A stretch of DNA of 64,000 bases from Pseudomonadota bacterium (lineage in GTDB: Bacteria; Pseudomonadota; Alphaproteobacteria; Rhodospirillales; Casp-alpha2). Shown piece by piece: positions 18,060 to 27,801 of this stretch (position 1 is the stretch's first letter; each line of letters opens with the position of its first letter). The notes below the pieces were generated by a model. It made no database searches. It saw nothing but the letters and a program-made list of their open reading frames with translations, and had not been told where the DNA came from. The stretch covers positions 2,195-66,194 of the forward strand of contig JADFMB010000001.1 of the NCBI GenBank assembly GCA_022564115.1, read 5' to 3'. The position numbers were made by a program, and so were the translations under genes.

Positions 18060-19253
18060 TTGGAACGGATCGATAAAATGAACATGACGGGAATCACCAT
18101 CATCCGGACGGGATGCCAGGCGCCTTGGAAGGAAGCATTTCGCAAGGCCGCGATCATCACCCTGGCGGCGGCCTTGGTTTTCATCATTTCGGCCACCGCC
18201 GCCACCGCCTCCTCGCGGATCAAGGACATCGTCTACGTCGAAGGCGTCCGCGACAACATGCTTGTCGGCTATGGGCTGGTGGTCGGCCTCAACGGCACCG
18301 GCGACACGCTTAAGGACGGACACTTCACCAAGCTGAGCCTGCAGGCGATGCTGAACCGCCTGGGTGTCAAGCCCACGGATTCGGGCCTCGATTCCGATAA
18401 CGTCGCCGCCGTCATGGTGACCGCGTCCCTTCCCGCCTTCGCCCGCCAAGGCAGCCGCATCGACGTCACCGTCAGCGCCCTTGGCGACGCCGATAGCCTG
18501 TTGGGCGGCACCCTGTTGGTGACCCCGTTGTTGGGCGCCGACGGCGAGGTCTATGCGGTGGCGCAGGGTCAGTTGGCGGTCGGCGGTTTTCAGGCCGGCG
18601 GCCAAGCGGAAACGGTTACCAAGGGCGTTCCCACCAGCGGCCGCATCGCCAGCGGGGCCATCATCGAGCGGGAAATTGGGTTCGAATTCGGTAAAAAAGA
18701 AAGCATCAAGCTAACCCTGCGCAATCCGGATTTCACCACCGCCAGGCGAATTGCCCAGGCCATCAACGCCTTTCTCGGCACCACGGCGGCGGCCCCCAGC
18801 GATCCGAGCACCATTCATTTGCGGATTCCCGCAAGCTACAAGGATAACGTCGTCAATCTTTTGACCGATTTGGAACAGTTGCGGGTCGAGCCCGATCAAT
18901 TGGCCCGGGTGGTCATCGACGAACAATCGGGCATCATCGTGATGGGCGACAACGTTCGCATCAGCACCATCGCCATTGCCCAGGGCAGCCTGACGATCCG
19001 CATTACCGAGGCCGAGCAGGTGTCGCAGCCCGGCCCCTTTGCCGAGGTCGGTACCACCACGACCGTTCAGCGCACTTCCATCGAGGTCGATGAGGGCGAG
19101 GAAAATCGGCTTACGGTCCTGCAATCGGGCGTCTCGCTTCAGGAAATGGTTAACGGCCTTAATGCCTTGGGCATCGGCCCCCGGGACATGATCACCATCC
19201 TCCAGGCGATCAAGACGGCGGGCGCCCTGCAGGCCGAAATCGAGGTTATGTAA
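18060..19253 (+). CDS. flgI: Flagellar P-ring protein FlgI
   Basis: A signal peptide is followed by RIKDIVYVEGVRDNMLVGYGLVVGLNGTGD, and the C-terminus reads DMITILQAIKTAGALQAEIEVM. ATG 18078 is the more likely start than the TTG at 18060. Confidence 0.9.
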   Translation: MERIDKMNMTGITIIRTGCQAPWKEAFRKAAIITLAAALVFIISATAATASSRIKDIVYVEGVRDNMLVGYGLVVGLNGTGDTLKDGHFTKLSLQAMLNRLGVKPTDSGLDSDNVAAVMVTASLPAFARQGSRIDVTVSALGDADSLLGGTLLVTPLLGADGEVYAVAQGQLAVGGFQAGGQAETVTKGVPTSGRIASGAIIEREIGFEFGKKESIKLTLRNPDFTTARRIAQAINAFLGTTAAAPSDPSTIHLRIPASYKDNVVNLLTDLEQLRVEPDQLARVVIDEQSGIIVMGDNVRISTIAIAQGSLTIRITEAEQVSQPGPFAEVGTTTTVQRTSIEVDEGEENRLTVLQSGVSLQEMVNGLNALGIGPRDMITILQAIKTAGALQAEIEVM

Positions 19254-19582
19254 TGGCCGAATTGGCGAACGATCTACTGTTCAGCCTGCAGGCCAGCAAC
19301 GCGCTGGCCCAAGGCCGGGCGCTGCCCAACGTGCGCGGCGCCACAAACCTTCGCGAGGCCCGTAAGGTGTCGGAGGAATTCGAAGCGGTTTTCCTCGGCC
19401 AGATGCTGCAGCCGATGTTCCAGAACATCGAAGCGGCGGAGCCGTTCGGGGGCAGCCCTTCTGAAAAAATTTGGCGGACGATGCAAGTGGAAGAATACGG
19501 AAAGGCGCTATCCAAGGCCGGCGGCATTGGCATCGCGGACGCCGTTTTCCGTGAAATCATAAAAGCGCAGGAGCTCAGATAG
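19253..19582 (+). CDS. Rod-binding protein (FlgJ N-terminal domain-like / CheL-like)
   Basis: 109 aa with the rod-binding motif EEFEAVFLGQMLQPMF. It overlaps the flgI stop and has no muramidase domain. Confidence 0.7.
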   Translation: MAELANDLLFSLQASNALAQGRALPNVRGATNLREARKVSEEFEAVFLGQMLQPMFQNIEAAEPFGGSPSEKIWRTMQVEEYGKALSKAGGIGIADAVFREIIKAQELR

Positions 19583-19584
19583 CC

Positions 19585-20028
19585 ATGGACCCCACAAAAC
19601 GCGTTAACGATCTTATCGTCATCACCGGCCGCCTTGCGGATTTGCTGGAGCGCGAAAACGTCGCGCTTCGCGAAAAGCAGAACAAGGAACTCAATGAAAT
19701 TCTCGACGAAAAGGTGACCCTTGGGCGGGTCTACGAATCCCGGATCATGGGCCTGACCGAAGACCCGGAAGCCCTGGACAACGTCGACAAGGAACTGCTC
19801 GAACGCTTGCGCGGCATCGGCGAGAAGGTCAACGGATTGATCGAGGACAACGCCAAGATGTTGAAGATCGCCATCGAAGCCAACCGGCGGGTCGTCAACC
19901 TGATCGCCGAAGCCGTCAAGGCGAGCGTTCCCAGCGCCGGAACCTATTCGCCGACGGGCGCCACCGGCGCCCATGACCAACGGGCGGCACCGAAAAACGT
20001 CGCCATTTCCGTCGATCACACCCTTTAG
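19585..20028 (+). CDS. FlgN-like flagellar export chaperone (putative)
   Basis: 147 aa and helical (LLERENVALREKQNKELNEILDEK). The position directly upstream of flgK-flgL is typical of FlgN. Confidence 0.5.
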   Translation: MDPTKRVNDLIVITGRLADLLERENVALREKQNKELNEILDEKVTLGRVYESRIMGLTEDPEALDNVDKELLERLRGIGEKVNGLIEDNAKMLKIAIEANRRVVNLIAEAVKASVPSAGTYSPTGATGAHDQRAAPKNVAISVDHTL

Positions 20029-20050
20029 GGCCTGAGCGGGAGTTTTTCAC

Positions 20051-22249
20051 ATGGGTGGCCTTACCCAAGCCCTTCGTAGCGCCCAGAGCGGGCTGTTGGT
20101 CAACCAGCAGACGCTGAACGTCGTTGCCAACAACATCGCCAACGTCAACTCGGAAGGGTATTCGCGCAAGATCGTGAATACCGAATCCCAGGTTATTGCC
20201 GGCGTCGGCGCGGGGATCAGGATTTCCGAAATCACCCGCAGGGTCGATGAAGGCCTGTTGAAGAGCATCCGTATCGAACTGGCCGAGTTGAACAAGCTCA
20301 CCGTCCAGGACAATTTTTTCGCCCGCACGCAAGATCTTTTCGGCGCCCCGGGGGAAAATTCGTCCCTGGCGCACCTGGTCGAGAATTTCACCTCGGCGCT
20401 GGAACTTCTCGCCGTATCGCCGGACAAATCGCTGGAGCAGGCCGAAGTCGTGCGCCGGGCCCAGGACGTCATCTTCAAGCTTCAGGATATGAGCGAGACG
20501 ATCCAGGAGCTTAGGCTGCAAGCCGACGTCGCCATCGCCAACATCGTCACCGAGATGAACAAAATCGTCGCCAAGATCGACCAGTTGAACGACGACATTA
20601 TCTCCAACGGCTCGGTCGGGCGCGACGTTACGGACTTGAAGGATCAGCGCGACCAACAGATCGACAGGCTGTCGGAGTTGGTCGACATCCGTTTCTTCTT
20701 CCGTAGCGACGGCGACGTCGTCGTCTTTACCTCGGGCGGGCGGACGCTGGTCGATACCATTCCGCCGAAAATCACCCATACGGCCGCAGCGTCCGTTTCG
20801 GCGACCATCACCCATGACGAAGGCGACTTCGCGGGCATTTTTGTCGGCACCATAGAAGACCGAAACGACATTACCAACGAACTTCGGGGCGGCCAGTTGA
20901 AGGGTTTGGTCGACCTTCGCGACGACATCCTGGCCAATATGCAAAGCCAGCTCGATGAGTTCGCCGCCGAGATGCGCGATGCCTTCAACCAGATTCATAA
21001 CCGGGGCGTTTCCTTCCCCGGCGCCCAATCCTACACCGGCACCAGGATCTTCGTCCGCCCCACCGAACAGACCATCAAGCTCGACCCCACGGGAAGTTCC
21101 GACGACGTGACGATCGCCCTCTTCGACGGCAACGGCAACCAGACGGCGTCGACGACGCTCAACACCATCATGACCGGGGCCGGGCTTTCGTCCCGCGGCT
21201 CGAGCAACGATTGGACCATCAGCGCCACCGCCACACAGCTTCAAACCTGGCTCCGGGCCAATGGCGCCGCCAACGCAACCGTCGCCGTCAGCACCACGGG
21301 CAAGCTGGACATCAACCTCAACACCCAGGCGGTCAACCTGTCGTTCCGCGACGAAACCGCGACCGCGAACGGCAGCACGCTCCAAGACGCCGTCATCGCC
21401 TTTGACGCCAACGGCGACGGGGTGACGGACGAAACCGTCAACGGGTTCTCGAACTTCTTTGGATTTAACGACTTCTTCGTCGATAACCTGGCCGAAAATA
21501 TCCACGAATCGAACGTCCTTGTCAGCACCTTCACCGCCAGCGCCTCGACGCTGACGTTCCGCGATTCCACCGGCACCCTCACCGGCAGCCCCCTCGCGGT
21601 TGCCGCCGGCACCAGCCTCAAGGACCTGGCCACCCTGATCACCAATTCGGTCACCGACGTCACCGCCACCGTGGTCTCCGACGGTTCGGGCGTGCGTCTC
21701 AGGATCGCCCACGACAAGGGGTCCTCGATGACCGTCACCCAGGCCGGCGCGGACACGTTCCTGACCGACATCAACCTGCATGTCGCCGATGTCCGCGTCG
21801 CCGAGACCCTAACCGTGCGCGCCGACATCGCCTCCACCCCGGGCAAGCTGTCGACCGGGGTCGTGCTATTCGACGCGGATCGGGGTGCGGCGGGCGAATA
21901 TTTCATGAGCGTCGGTGAAAATTCCGTCATCGATGCCTTGGCCGAGGCGTTTTCGGCTTCCAACCAGTTCGACACCGCGGGCGGATTGGCGACCGTCAAA
22001 ACCACGTTCGCCGAATTCGCCGGCAACATCGTTTCCGAAAACGCCCGGTTGGCGGAAACCAACGAAAGCGACATCGACCGTCAACGGTCCTTGACCGAGT
22101 CTCTGCAATTCAAATCCGACTCGACCCGGGGGGTGAACCTGGACGAGGAATTGTCAGACCTGATCGTTTTCGAACAGGCGTTCGTGGCCGCCGCCAGGGT
22201 CATTTCGGTGATCCAGCGGATGTTCGATGCGCTCGAGCGGGTGATCTAG
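20051..22249 (+). CDS. flgK: Flagellar hook-associated protein 1, FlgK
   Basis: N-terminus LNVVANNIANVNSEGYSRK and C-terminus LDEELSDLIVFEQAFVAAARVISVIQRMFDAL; 732 aa. Confidence 0.9.
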   Translation: MGGLTQALRSAQSGLLVNQQTLNVVANNIANVNSEGYSRKIVNTESQVIAGVGAGIRISEITRRVDEGLLKSIRIELAELNKLTVQDNFFARTQDLFGAPGENSSLAHLVENFTSALELLAVSPDKSLEQAEVVRRAQDVIFKLQDMSETIQELRLQADVAIANIVTEMNKIVAKIDQLNDDIISNGSVGRDVTDLKDQRDQQIDRLSELVDIRFFFRSDGDVVVFTSGGRTLVDTIPPKITHTAAASVSATITHDEGDFAGIFVGTIEDRNDITNELRGGQLKGLVDLRDDILANMQSQLDEFAAEMRDAFNQIHNRGVSFPGAQSYTGTRIFVRPTEQTIKLDPTGSSDDVTIALFDGNGNQTASTTLNTIMTGAGLSSRGSSNDWTISATATQLQTWLRANGAANATVAVSTTGKLDINLNTQAVNLSFRDETATANGSTLQDAVIAFDANGDGVTDETVNGFSNFFGFNDFFVDNLAENIHESNVLVSTFTASASTLTFRDSTGTLTGSPLAVAAGTSLKDLATLITNSVTDVTATVVSDGSGVRLRIAHDKGSSMTVTQAGADTFLTDINLHVADVRVAETLTVRADIASTPGKLSTGVVLFDADRGAAGEYFMSVGENSVIDALAEAFSASNQFDTAGGLATVKTTFAEFAGNIVSENARLAETNESDIDRQRSLTESLQFKSDSTRGVNLDEELSDLIVFEQAFVAAARVISVIQRMFDALERVI

Positions 22250-22262
22250 AAGGATTTGACCG

Positions 22263-24851
22263 ATGACCCGGATTTCAAGTCTTGCCGCCAATACGTCGCT
22301 GGTTAACCAGATATTGAGAACGCAAAGCCGCCTGTTCAACACCGAAATCCAGATCGCCAGCGGCAAGATTTCCCAGAATTACGAAGGTATCGCCATCGAT
22401 TCCCGGCGCCTGATCAACCTGGAAAACACCCGCGATTCCCTGCGGCAGTTCATCAAAAACAACGATCGGATAGACATCCGTCTCAACATCGCCAACATCG
22501 CCATCGACGGCATCCAGGAGTTGATCAGAAATTTCAGCCACAACCTCAACAATTTCGCGATCGGCGGAACCAAGGACAAGATCAAGGTTCAGACCATTCA
22601 GGAAGACGCCTTCCGGACGTTGAAATCCATCGAGGACCTGCTGAACACGAAAATCGACGGCCGCTTTATCTTCGCCGGCGGCCGGGTCGACACCGAGCCG
22701 GCCAATTTCGGCCTGACGACCCTGGCCAATTTCCAGGCCATCTTCGACGGCGCCCAGATCAAAATCTCGCAGACCCGGGACGCCAACCTCGCCGACTTCA
22801 CCATCAATCAGTCCAATAGCTTCAGCACCAAGACCTTCAAATCCGGCACGCTCTCAATGACCTTCGACGCCACCGCCGACACCATCACCGCCGCCGCCGG
22901 CACCTTCCGCTATCCCGATGGCACCAACCTGGCGGCGGGCGCCGAGATCGTCATTACCGGCACCACGGCCGGGACCAACGACGGCACCTACACCATTTCG
23001 TCCGTTTCCGCCGACGGTTCGACGGCGACGGTGAAGACGGCCAACACCGGCGCCCTGTCGATGACCTTCAACAACGCCGCCGACACGGTCACCGCCGCCG
23101 CCGGCACCTTCCGCAATACGGACGGCAGTGCTTTGTTGCCGGGCCAAAAGATCACCTTCTCGGGCGCCGTCAACGGCGCCAACAACGCCACCTTCACCAT
23201 CGCCTCGGTCTCCGCCGACGGCTCCGTGGTGACTCTTTCCGGCGCCCCGGTGCTCGTCGATGAAGTCGCACCCGCGGCCACGGCGATCACAGGCATCCAG
23301 GCGAATCAGACGTCCAACGCGGCGGCGGCGGCGGGAACCCCCTTGACCTTCGCCGACAACAACCCGGCCGCCGACACCATCACCGGGCCCGCGGGCTTCT
23401 TCAAGGACACCGCCGGAAACCTGCTCGGCGTCGGCTCGAAAATCACCATCACCAACACCGTGTCGAACAACGGCGTCTTCACCATCGCCTCGGTCTCCGC
23501 CGACGGCTCGACGGCGACGCTGGTCGCCGCCGACACCTTGACCAACGAGACCGACGCCAACGCCACGGCGAGCATCCCGGTGGCGACCAATCATCTTACC
23601 TTCCAGCGGGACAACGGCGCCACGCCGCCCCAGAGCATCATCACCGGCCAGGGCACGCCCTTCGCCAACACCAAGGCCGGGACCTTTATCACGATCACCG
23701 GCACCAGCAACAACAACGGCACCTATGAGGTGCTCTCCGTTCCCAACCCCGGCCAGATCATCGTGCGCACGAAGTTGTTCACCAACCAGACGGTCACCGC
23801 CAGCACCACCCCATCGATGATCACCGCCGTCGACGGCACCCAGGTGGCGACAGTGGACACGGGCGACCTGACGTTCGTCCGCGACAACGGCGCGACACCC
23901 CCGCAGAGCCGGGTGACGGCCGCGGTCGTGGGTTCGCTGGCGACCCTCAAGGTCGGCCAGAAGATCACCATCGCCGGCACCACCACCAACGACGGAATCT
24001 TCACGGTGGCCGCCAACGACGGCACCAACCTCGTCATCGTCACCCAGATGCTCACCGACGAGGGAACGGCGGCGACGCCGCAACTCAGCTTCACCAGCGC
24101 CGGCGCCGAGGTCACCTTTACCGACAACGCCCCCAACAAGGACACCATCGTCGCCGCGGCGGGACGGTTCAGCAACCTCGTTGCCGGGATGAAGGTAACC
24201 ATCAGCGGCGCCACCGACGCCGGCAACAACGCCACCTTCACGGTGTCCTCGATTTCGACCGACGGGTCGACCATTACCGTTGACGAAAACATCACCGCCC
24301 GCGCCGGTGACGCCAACACGGTCACGTTCCTGACCCAGGAGGCCAAGGGCACCATCGCCGCGACGTCCTATTACAAAGGTGACGCGACAAAACAGACCCA
24401 CCGGCTCGATAAAGACCGCAGCTTCGAATTCGATATCAACGCCATCGATCCAGCCTTCGAAAAGGCGATCCGGGGCATGCGCTTGATCATGCAAGGGATT
24501 TTCCAGACCGAAGGCGGCCTGGACCAGAACGCCGATCGCATCGGCCAGGCGAAGTTCCTTATCGGAAGCTCCCTCAAACAGGCTGTTTCCGGCACCCCGC
24601 CCTTCGGCACCGAAAAGGGCAACAACATCGAACAGATACAGATCGATTTGTCATTCGATCTGATCCTGATCAATCGCACCAATGACCTGCACTTCGATTT
24701 CATCGGCTTCTTGGAAACCAGCATCGCCAATGTTGAAAACGCCGATCCCCTGGAGACGATCACCAAGCTGCTGGCCGATCAGCGGGCGCTGGAGGCTTCG
24801 TTCCAGACGCTGGCGAAAATTCGGCAATTGAGTCTGGTTAACTTCTTATAA
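22263..24851 (+). CDS. flgL: Flagellar hook-associated protein 3, FlgL, with a greatly expanded repeat-containing central region
   Basis: The termini are flagellin/FlgL-type: N-terminus MTRISSLAANTSLVNQILRTQSRL, C-terminus LLADQRALEASFQTLAKIRQLSLVNFL. The gene follows flgK. At 862 aa it is far longer than usual for FlgL. Confidence 0.85.
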   Translation: MTRISSLAANTSLVNQILRTQSRLFNTEIQIASGKISQNYEGIAIDSRRLINLENTRDSLRQFIKNNDRIDIRLNIANIAIDGIQELIRNFSHNLNNFAIGGTKDKIKVQTIQEDAFRTLKSIEDLLNTKIDGRFIFAGGRVDTEPANFGLTTLANFQAIFDGAQIKISQTRDANLADFTINQSNSFSTKTFKSGTLSMTFDATADTITAAAGTFRYPDGTNLAAGAEIVITGTTAGTNDGTYTISSVSADGSTATVKTANTGALSMTFNNAADTVTAAAGTFRNTDGSALLPGQKITFSGAVNGANNATFTIASVSADGSVVTLSGAPVLVDEVAPAATAITGIQANQTSNAAAAAGTPLTFADNNPAADTITGPAGFFKDTAGNLLGVGSKITITNTVSNNGVFTIASVSADGSTATLVAADTLTNETDANATASIPVATNHLTFQRDNGATPPQSIITGQGTPFANTKAGTFITITGTSNNNGTYEVLSVPNPGQIIVRTKLFTNQTVTASTTPSMITAVDGTQVATVDTGDLTFVRDNGATPPQSRVTAAVVGSLATLKVGQKITIAGTTTNDGIFTVAANDGTNLVIVTQMLTDEGTAATPQLSFTSAGAEVTFTDNAPNKDTIVAAAGRFSNLVAGMKVTISGATDAGNNATFTVSSISTDGSTITVDENITARAGDANTVTFLTQEAKGTIAATSYYKGDATKQTHRLDKDRSFEFDINAIDPAFEKAIRGMRLIMQGIFQTEGGLDQNADRIGQAKFLIGSSLKQAVSGTPPFGTEKGNNIEQIQIDLSFDLILINRTNDLHFDFIGFLETSIANVENADPLETITKLLADQRALEASFQTLAKIRQLSLVNFL
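22845..24296 (+). repeat. Six tandem ~70-aa coding repeats inside flgL
   Basis: The repeated module is ...TF...A.DT[IV]TAAAGTF.....G..L..G.KITI.GT...NNG.FTIASVSADGST.T. An exact 32-nt DNA repeat, TTCACCATCGCCTCGGTCTCCGCCGACGGCTC, occurs at 23193-23224 and 23478-23509. Confidence 0.85.
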
Positions 24852-25004
24852 GGAAAGAAACGAAACCATCTTAACCAAACGCAAATGTGACTGCGGTCAC
24901 TGCCAAAAACCCAGGAAAATGGTGGAATTCAATGAAATCAAACCCTATTTTCCGCCAAACCAAGGGGCCGCGGTTGTCTTTGACAGAGTAAATAGGATAG
25001 AACC

Positions 25005-25484
25005 ATGGATGGAAATAGATTGATGTCTTCACAACAAGACCAAGTCAGCAAATACCATCGGGTACCGGAAGCAGGGCAGCCGGCGCAGACCGAGGCCTGG
25101 GCGCTGCTGGAGGCCGCGAAGCGGCTGGCGACGGCCATCGTTCATGGTAACGACGACGACAAGAATACCAAGGAAGTCCGGAAAGACGCCCTGAGGCTGA
25201 ATTGGCGTCTTTGGACCATCTTTCAAGCCGAACTGACCCAGGACCGTCCGGACCTGGACCCGGAGATACACCACAACATGCTGACTCTCTGCCAGTTCGT
25301 CGACAAGCACACCGTCGGCGCGTTGTTTAAGCCGACGGCGGAAGCCTTGAGCGTCTTGATCGACCTCAACCGCAATATCGCCTCTGGTCTGCTGAGCATG
25401 CCCGAAGACGAATCCGCGGAAGCCGGCGAGTCGGCCGAAGAGGAACAGGCGCCGCCTCCGACCAGCATCGAAACCGAAGCCTGA
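25005..25484 (+). CDS. FlaF-family flagellar regulator paralog with acidic C-terminal extension
   Basis: FlaF core: TEAWALLEAAKRL...LRLNWRLWTIFQAEL...LTLCQFVDKHT. The tail reads PEDESAEAGESAEEEQ. Confidence 0.7.
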   Translation: MDGNRLMSSQQDQVSKYHRVPEAGQPAQTEAWALLEAAKRLATAIVHGNDDDKNTKEVRKDALRLNWRLWTIFQAELTQDRPDLDPEIHHNMLTLCQFVDKHTVGALFKPTAEALSVLIDLNRNIASGLLSMPEDESAEAGESAEEEQAPPPTSIETEA

Positions 25485-25676
25485 CGGGGCCTATTCTTCC
25501 GCCTGGAAACCCGCGGAGGAATTTCGGCGTCAATCGGGATGCCTTAGGGTGCCGTTGGCGTCCTTCGGCCGGGGAGATTATGCCATTATGGGGATTGCCG
25601 CCGGGGAAAAGGCGGTTATTCTTAGAACGGCACGGGAAAAAAACCGGGTCTAATAATACCTAAAGCCTTGTAAAGT

Positions 25677-27749
25677 TTGCCCATGACCAGCCCATCAAGC
25701 CAACAAGAATATTTCCAGCAAATTCATCGATGTTTCGCCCTTCTGATGACGGAGGAACAGGAGGAAGCGCTGGAAATAGCGGAAGGATTGCTGAAAAGCA
25801 ATCCGGAAGAGTCGGCAACTTTCTACATCTTGGGCCTTTACGCCTACCAGACGGGCGATTTCGGACGCGCCATAGAACTCCTCAACTCCGCCCATAAAGC
25901 CGATCCCGATTGCCGTGATTTCGCCGACGTGCTGGCGGTCCTCTATACCCTGGCCGGCAAGATCGCCGATGGCCTTTATTTCGCCAAACTGGCGACGGCG
26001 TTGGAGCCAAAGCCCGAAATTTCAAAGATCATTCCGGTCAACCTATCGAATTATTTCGAGGCCCTAAAACGCATCCGGTTGTCGACCAAATACGTCGAAG
26101 CCCTGGTGGATTTCAACCTGAGAAAATTCAACGAGGCCATAAAGCATTGCAAAATGGAACTCCGGTTAAATCAGGACCATGACTCGTGCCTGGGCCTGAT
26201 GGGCAAATGCCATATCCATATTGGGGAATACGACAAAGCCGTTGACGCCCTTCAGAGGGCTATCCATTGGGACCCGGAAATTGCCGAATACCACCTGGAT
26301 CTCGGCTTGGCCCTTTATCATTTGGGGCGTCATGACGAAGCCGTGTCTTGTCATCAGAAGGCCCTTGAACTCGATGACGAATCCCTGGAATTGGCGACTA
26401 AGGCCGTCGGTGCGGCGGAGTACCTCGAAGATGGCAGTACCCAGCGGAAGGCCTTTCAAAAGGATTTGACGAAGCGCGCCCGGGCCCTGCCGAAAACCAA
26501 GCTGCGGAAACCCTCTAAAGCCCGACCGAAAGACAAAATCCGGCTCGGGTACATCTCGAACAGTCTTTTCAGTTCCGATGCCGGGACATTGATTTCAGCC
26601 CTTTTCGATCATCACGACCGCAACCGGTTCGAAATCTATTGCTATCAGCAATCAATCCTCAAAGACGCCATCACCACCAAATTGAAGGTGCAGACCGATT
26701 CATGGCGCAGCATCTTTGACCTCAAGGACGAGGTCATGGAAATGATCATCCGCGGCGATGAAATCGACATCCTTGTCGACCTTTGCGGCTATACGGAAGG
26801 CAGTCGCCCCAGCCTGTTGGCGAAGCGTCCCGCCCCTATTCAGATCGGTTTATTTACCCCCCCGCACGGCATTACCGTGGAAGGCATCGATATCGTCCTT
26901 GGCGATGCCGTGACCGCCGAAACGGACAAGACATTGTTGGGCAAGGGCCAGGAATTGATCGTCGTCGATATGGGCCTGGTGGCAATGGAACAAATGCTGT
27001 TCATGCCGGACCCCAATGACCTGCCGGCGCTTTCCAATGGATTTGTCACCTTCGGGGGACGTTGCGATTTCGCCGCCTTAGGCCCCAGCGCCGCGGCCGT
27101 ATGGTCCGATATTCTGAACCGGGTCCCCAATTCCCGTTTGATGTTGGGCAACGTCAGGACCATTCCCGAAGCCGTCCGCAACCACGCCGTCGAGGTGTTT
27201 TCCCAACACGGCGTCGCCGACCGCCTGCAGTTCTGGGATACGGAAAACGACGAACAAAAGATTATCGAGTTCTTCCATCATATAGACGTGTTTTTGGATT
27301 CCCCTCCCGTTTCCGGCTTCATGAATCTTTGTCAAGGCCTGTGGATGGGCGTGCCCGTGTTGACGTTGAAAGGCGACCGCCGGTCCGGACAGATGGGCGC
27401 CAGCCTGTTGATGTCCGCCAGCCAGCAGCAATGGATCAGCGAAACCGGTGATGAAATGGCCGAAAAGGCGGTTTCCCTGGCAAACGATCTGGATGAGCTG
27501 GCCAAAACCCGCGCCTCGTTGCGCGAGGCGTTGAAAGGAACGGCTTTGTTCCATCCCGAATTCGTTACCCGGGCCATCGAAGACGCTTACGTGAAGGCGA
27601 TGGAATTAAAGAAAAAGGGAAAGGCCAAGTCACCCACCGCCAAAACCTCGAAGAAACCGGCGGCGCCCAAGAAGACAGCGCGAAAGCCCGCCCCGAGAAA
27701 GGCTGCGGCGAAAAAAGCCCCGGCGAAAAAAGGCAAGGGCGCCAAGTAG
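25677..27749 (+). CDS. TPR-repeat protein with SPINDLY/O-GlcNAc-transferase-type (GT41) C-terminal domain; FlmG-like candidate flagellin glycosyltransferase
   Basis: - N-terminal TPRs.
- The GT41-type region reads RLGYISNSLFSSDAGTLISALFDHHDRNRFEIYCY ... DVFLDSPPVSGFMNLCQGLWMGVPVLTLKG.
- A Lys/Ala/Pro-rich tail closes the protein.
- ATG 25683 is an alternative start. Confidence 0.7.
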   Translation: MPMTSPSSQQEYFQQIHRCFALLMTEEQEEALEIAEGLLKSNPEESATFYILGLYAYQTGDFGRAIELLNSAHKADPDCRDFADVLAVLYTLAGKIADGLYFAKLATALEPKPEISKIIPVNLSNYFEALKRIRLSTKYVEALVDFNLRKFNEAIKHCKMELRLNQDHDSCLGLMGKCHIHIGEYDKAVDALQRAIHWDPEIAEYHLDLGLALYHLGRHDEAVSCHQKALELDDESLELATKAVGAAEYLEDGSTQRKAFQKDLTKRARALPKTKLRKPSKARPKDKIRLGYISNSLFSSDAGTLISALFDHHDRNRFEIYCYQQSILKDAITTKLKVQTDSWRSIFDLKDEVMEMIIRGDEIDILVDLCGYTEGSRPSLLAKRPAPIQIGLFTPPHGITVEGIDIVLGDAVTAETDKTLLGKGQELIVVDMGLVAMEQMLFMPDPNDLPALSNGFVTFGGRCDFAALGPSAAAVWSDILNRVPNSRLMLGNVRTIPEAVRNHAVEVFSQHGVADRLQFWDTENDEQKIIEFFHHIDVFLDSPPVSGFMNLCQGLWMGVPVLTLKGDRRSGQMGASLLMSASQQQWISETGDEMAEKAVSLANDLDELAKTRASLREALKGTALFHPEFVTRAIEDAYVKAMELKKKGKAKSPTAKTSKKPAAPKKTARKPAPRKAAAKKAPAKKGKGAK

Positions 27750-27801
27750 GCTGTTTCGGGGCGAACGAGCCCGGCGCGGGGACGGCCGGGACAAGGAAAT
27801 A

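Noticed and set aside
24886-24899. Palindrome GTGAC-TGCG-GTCAC downstream of flgL as a terminator.
   Set aside because: It has only a 5-bp stem and no U-tract. The flaF paralog follows 105 nt later and may be co-transcribed.
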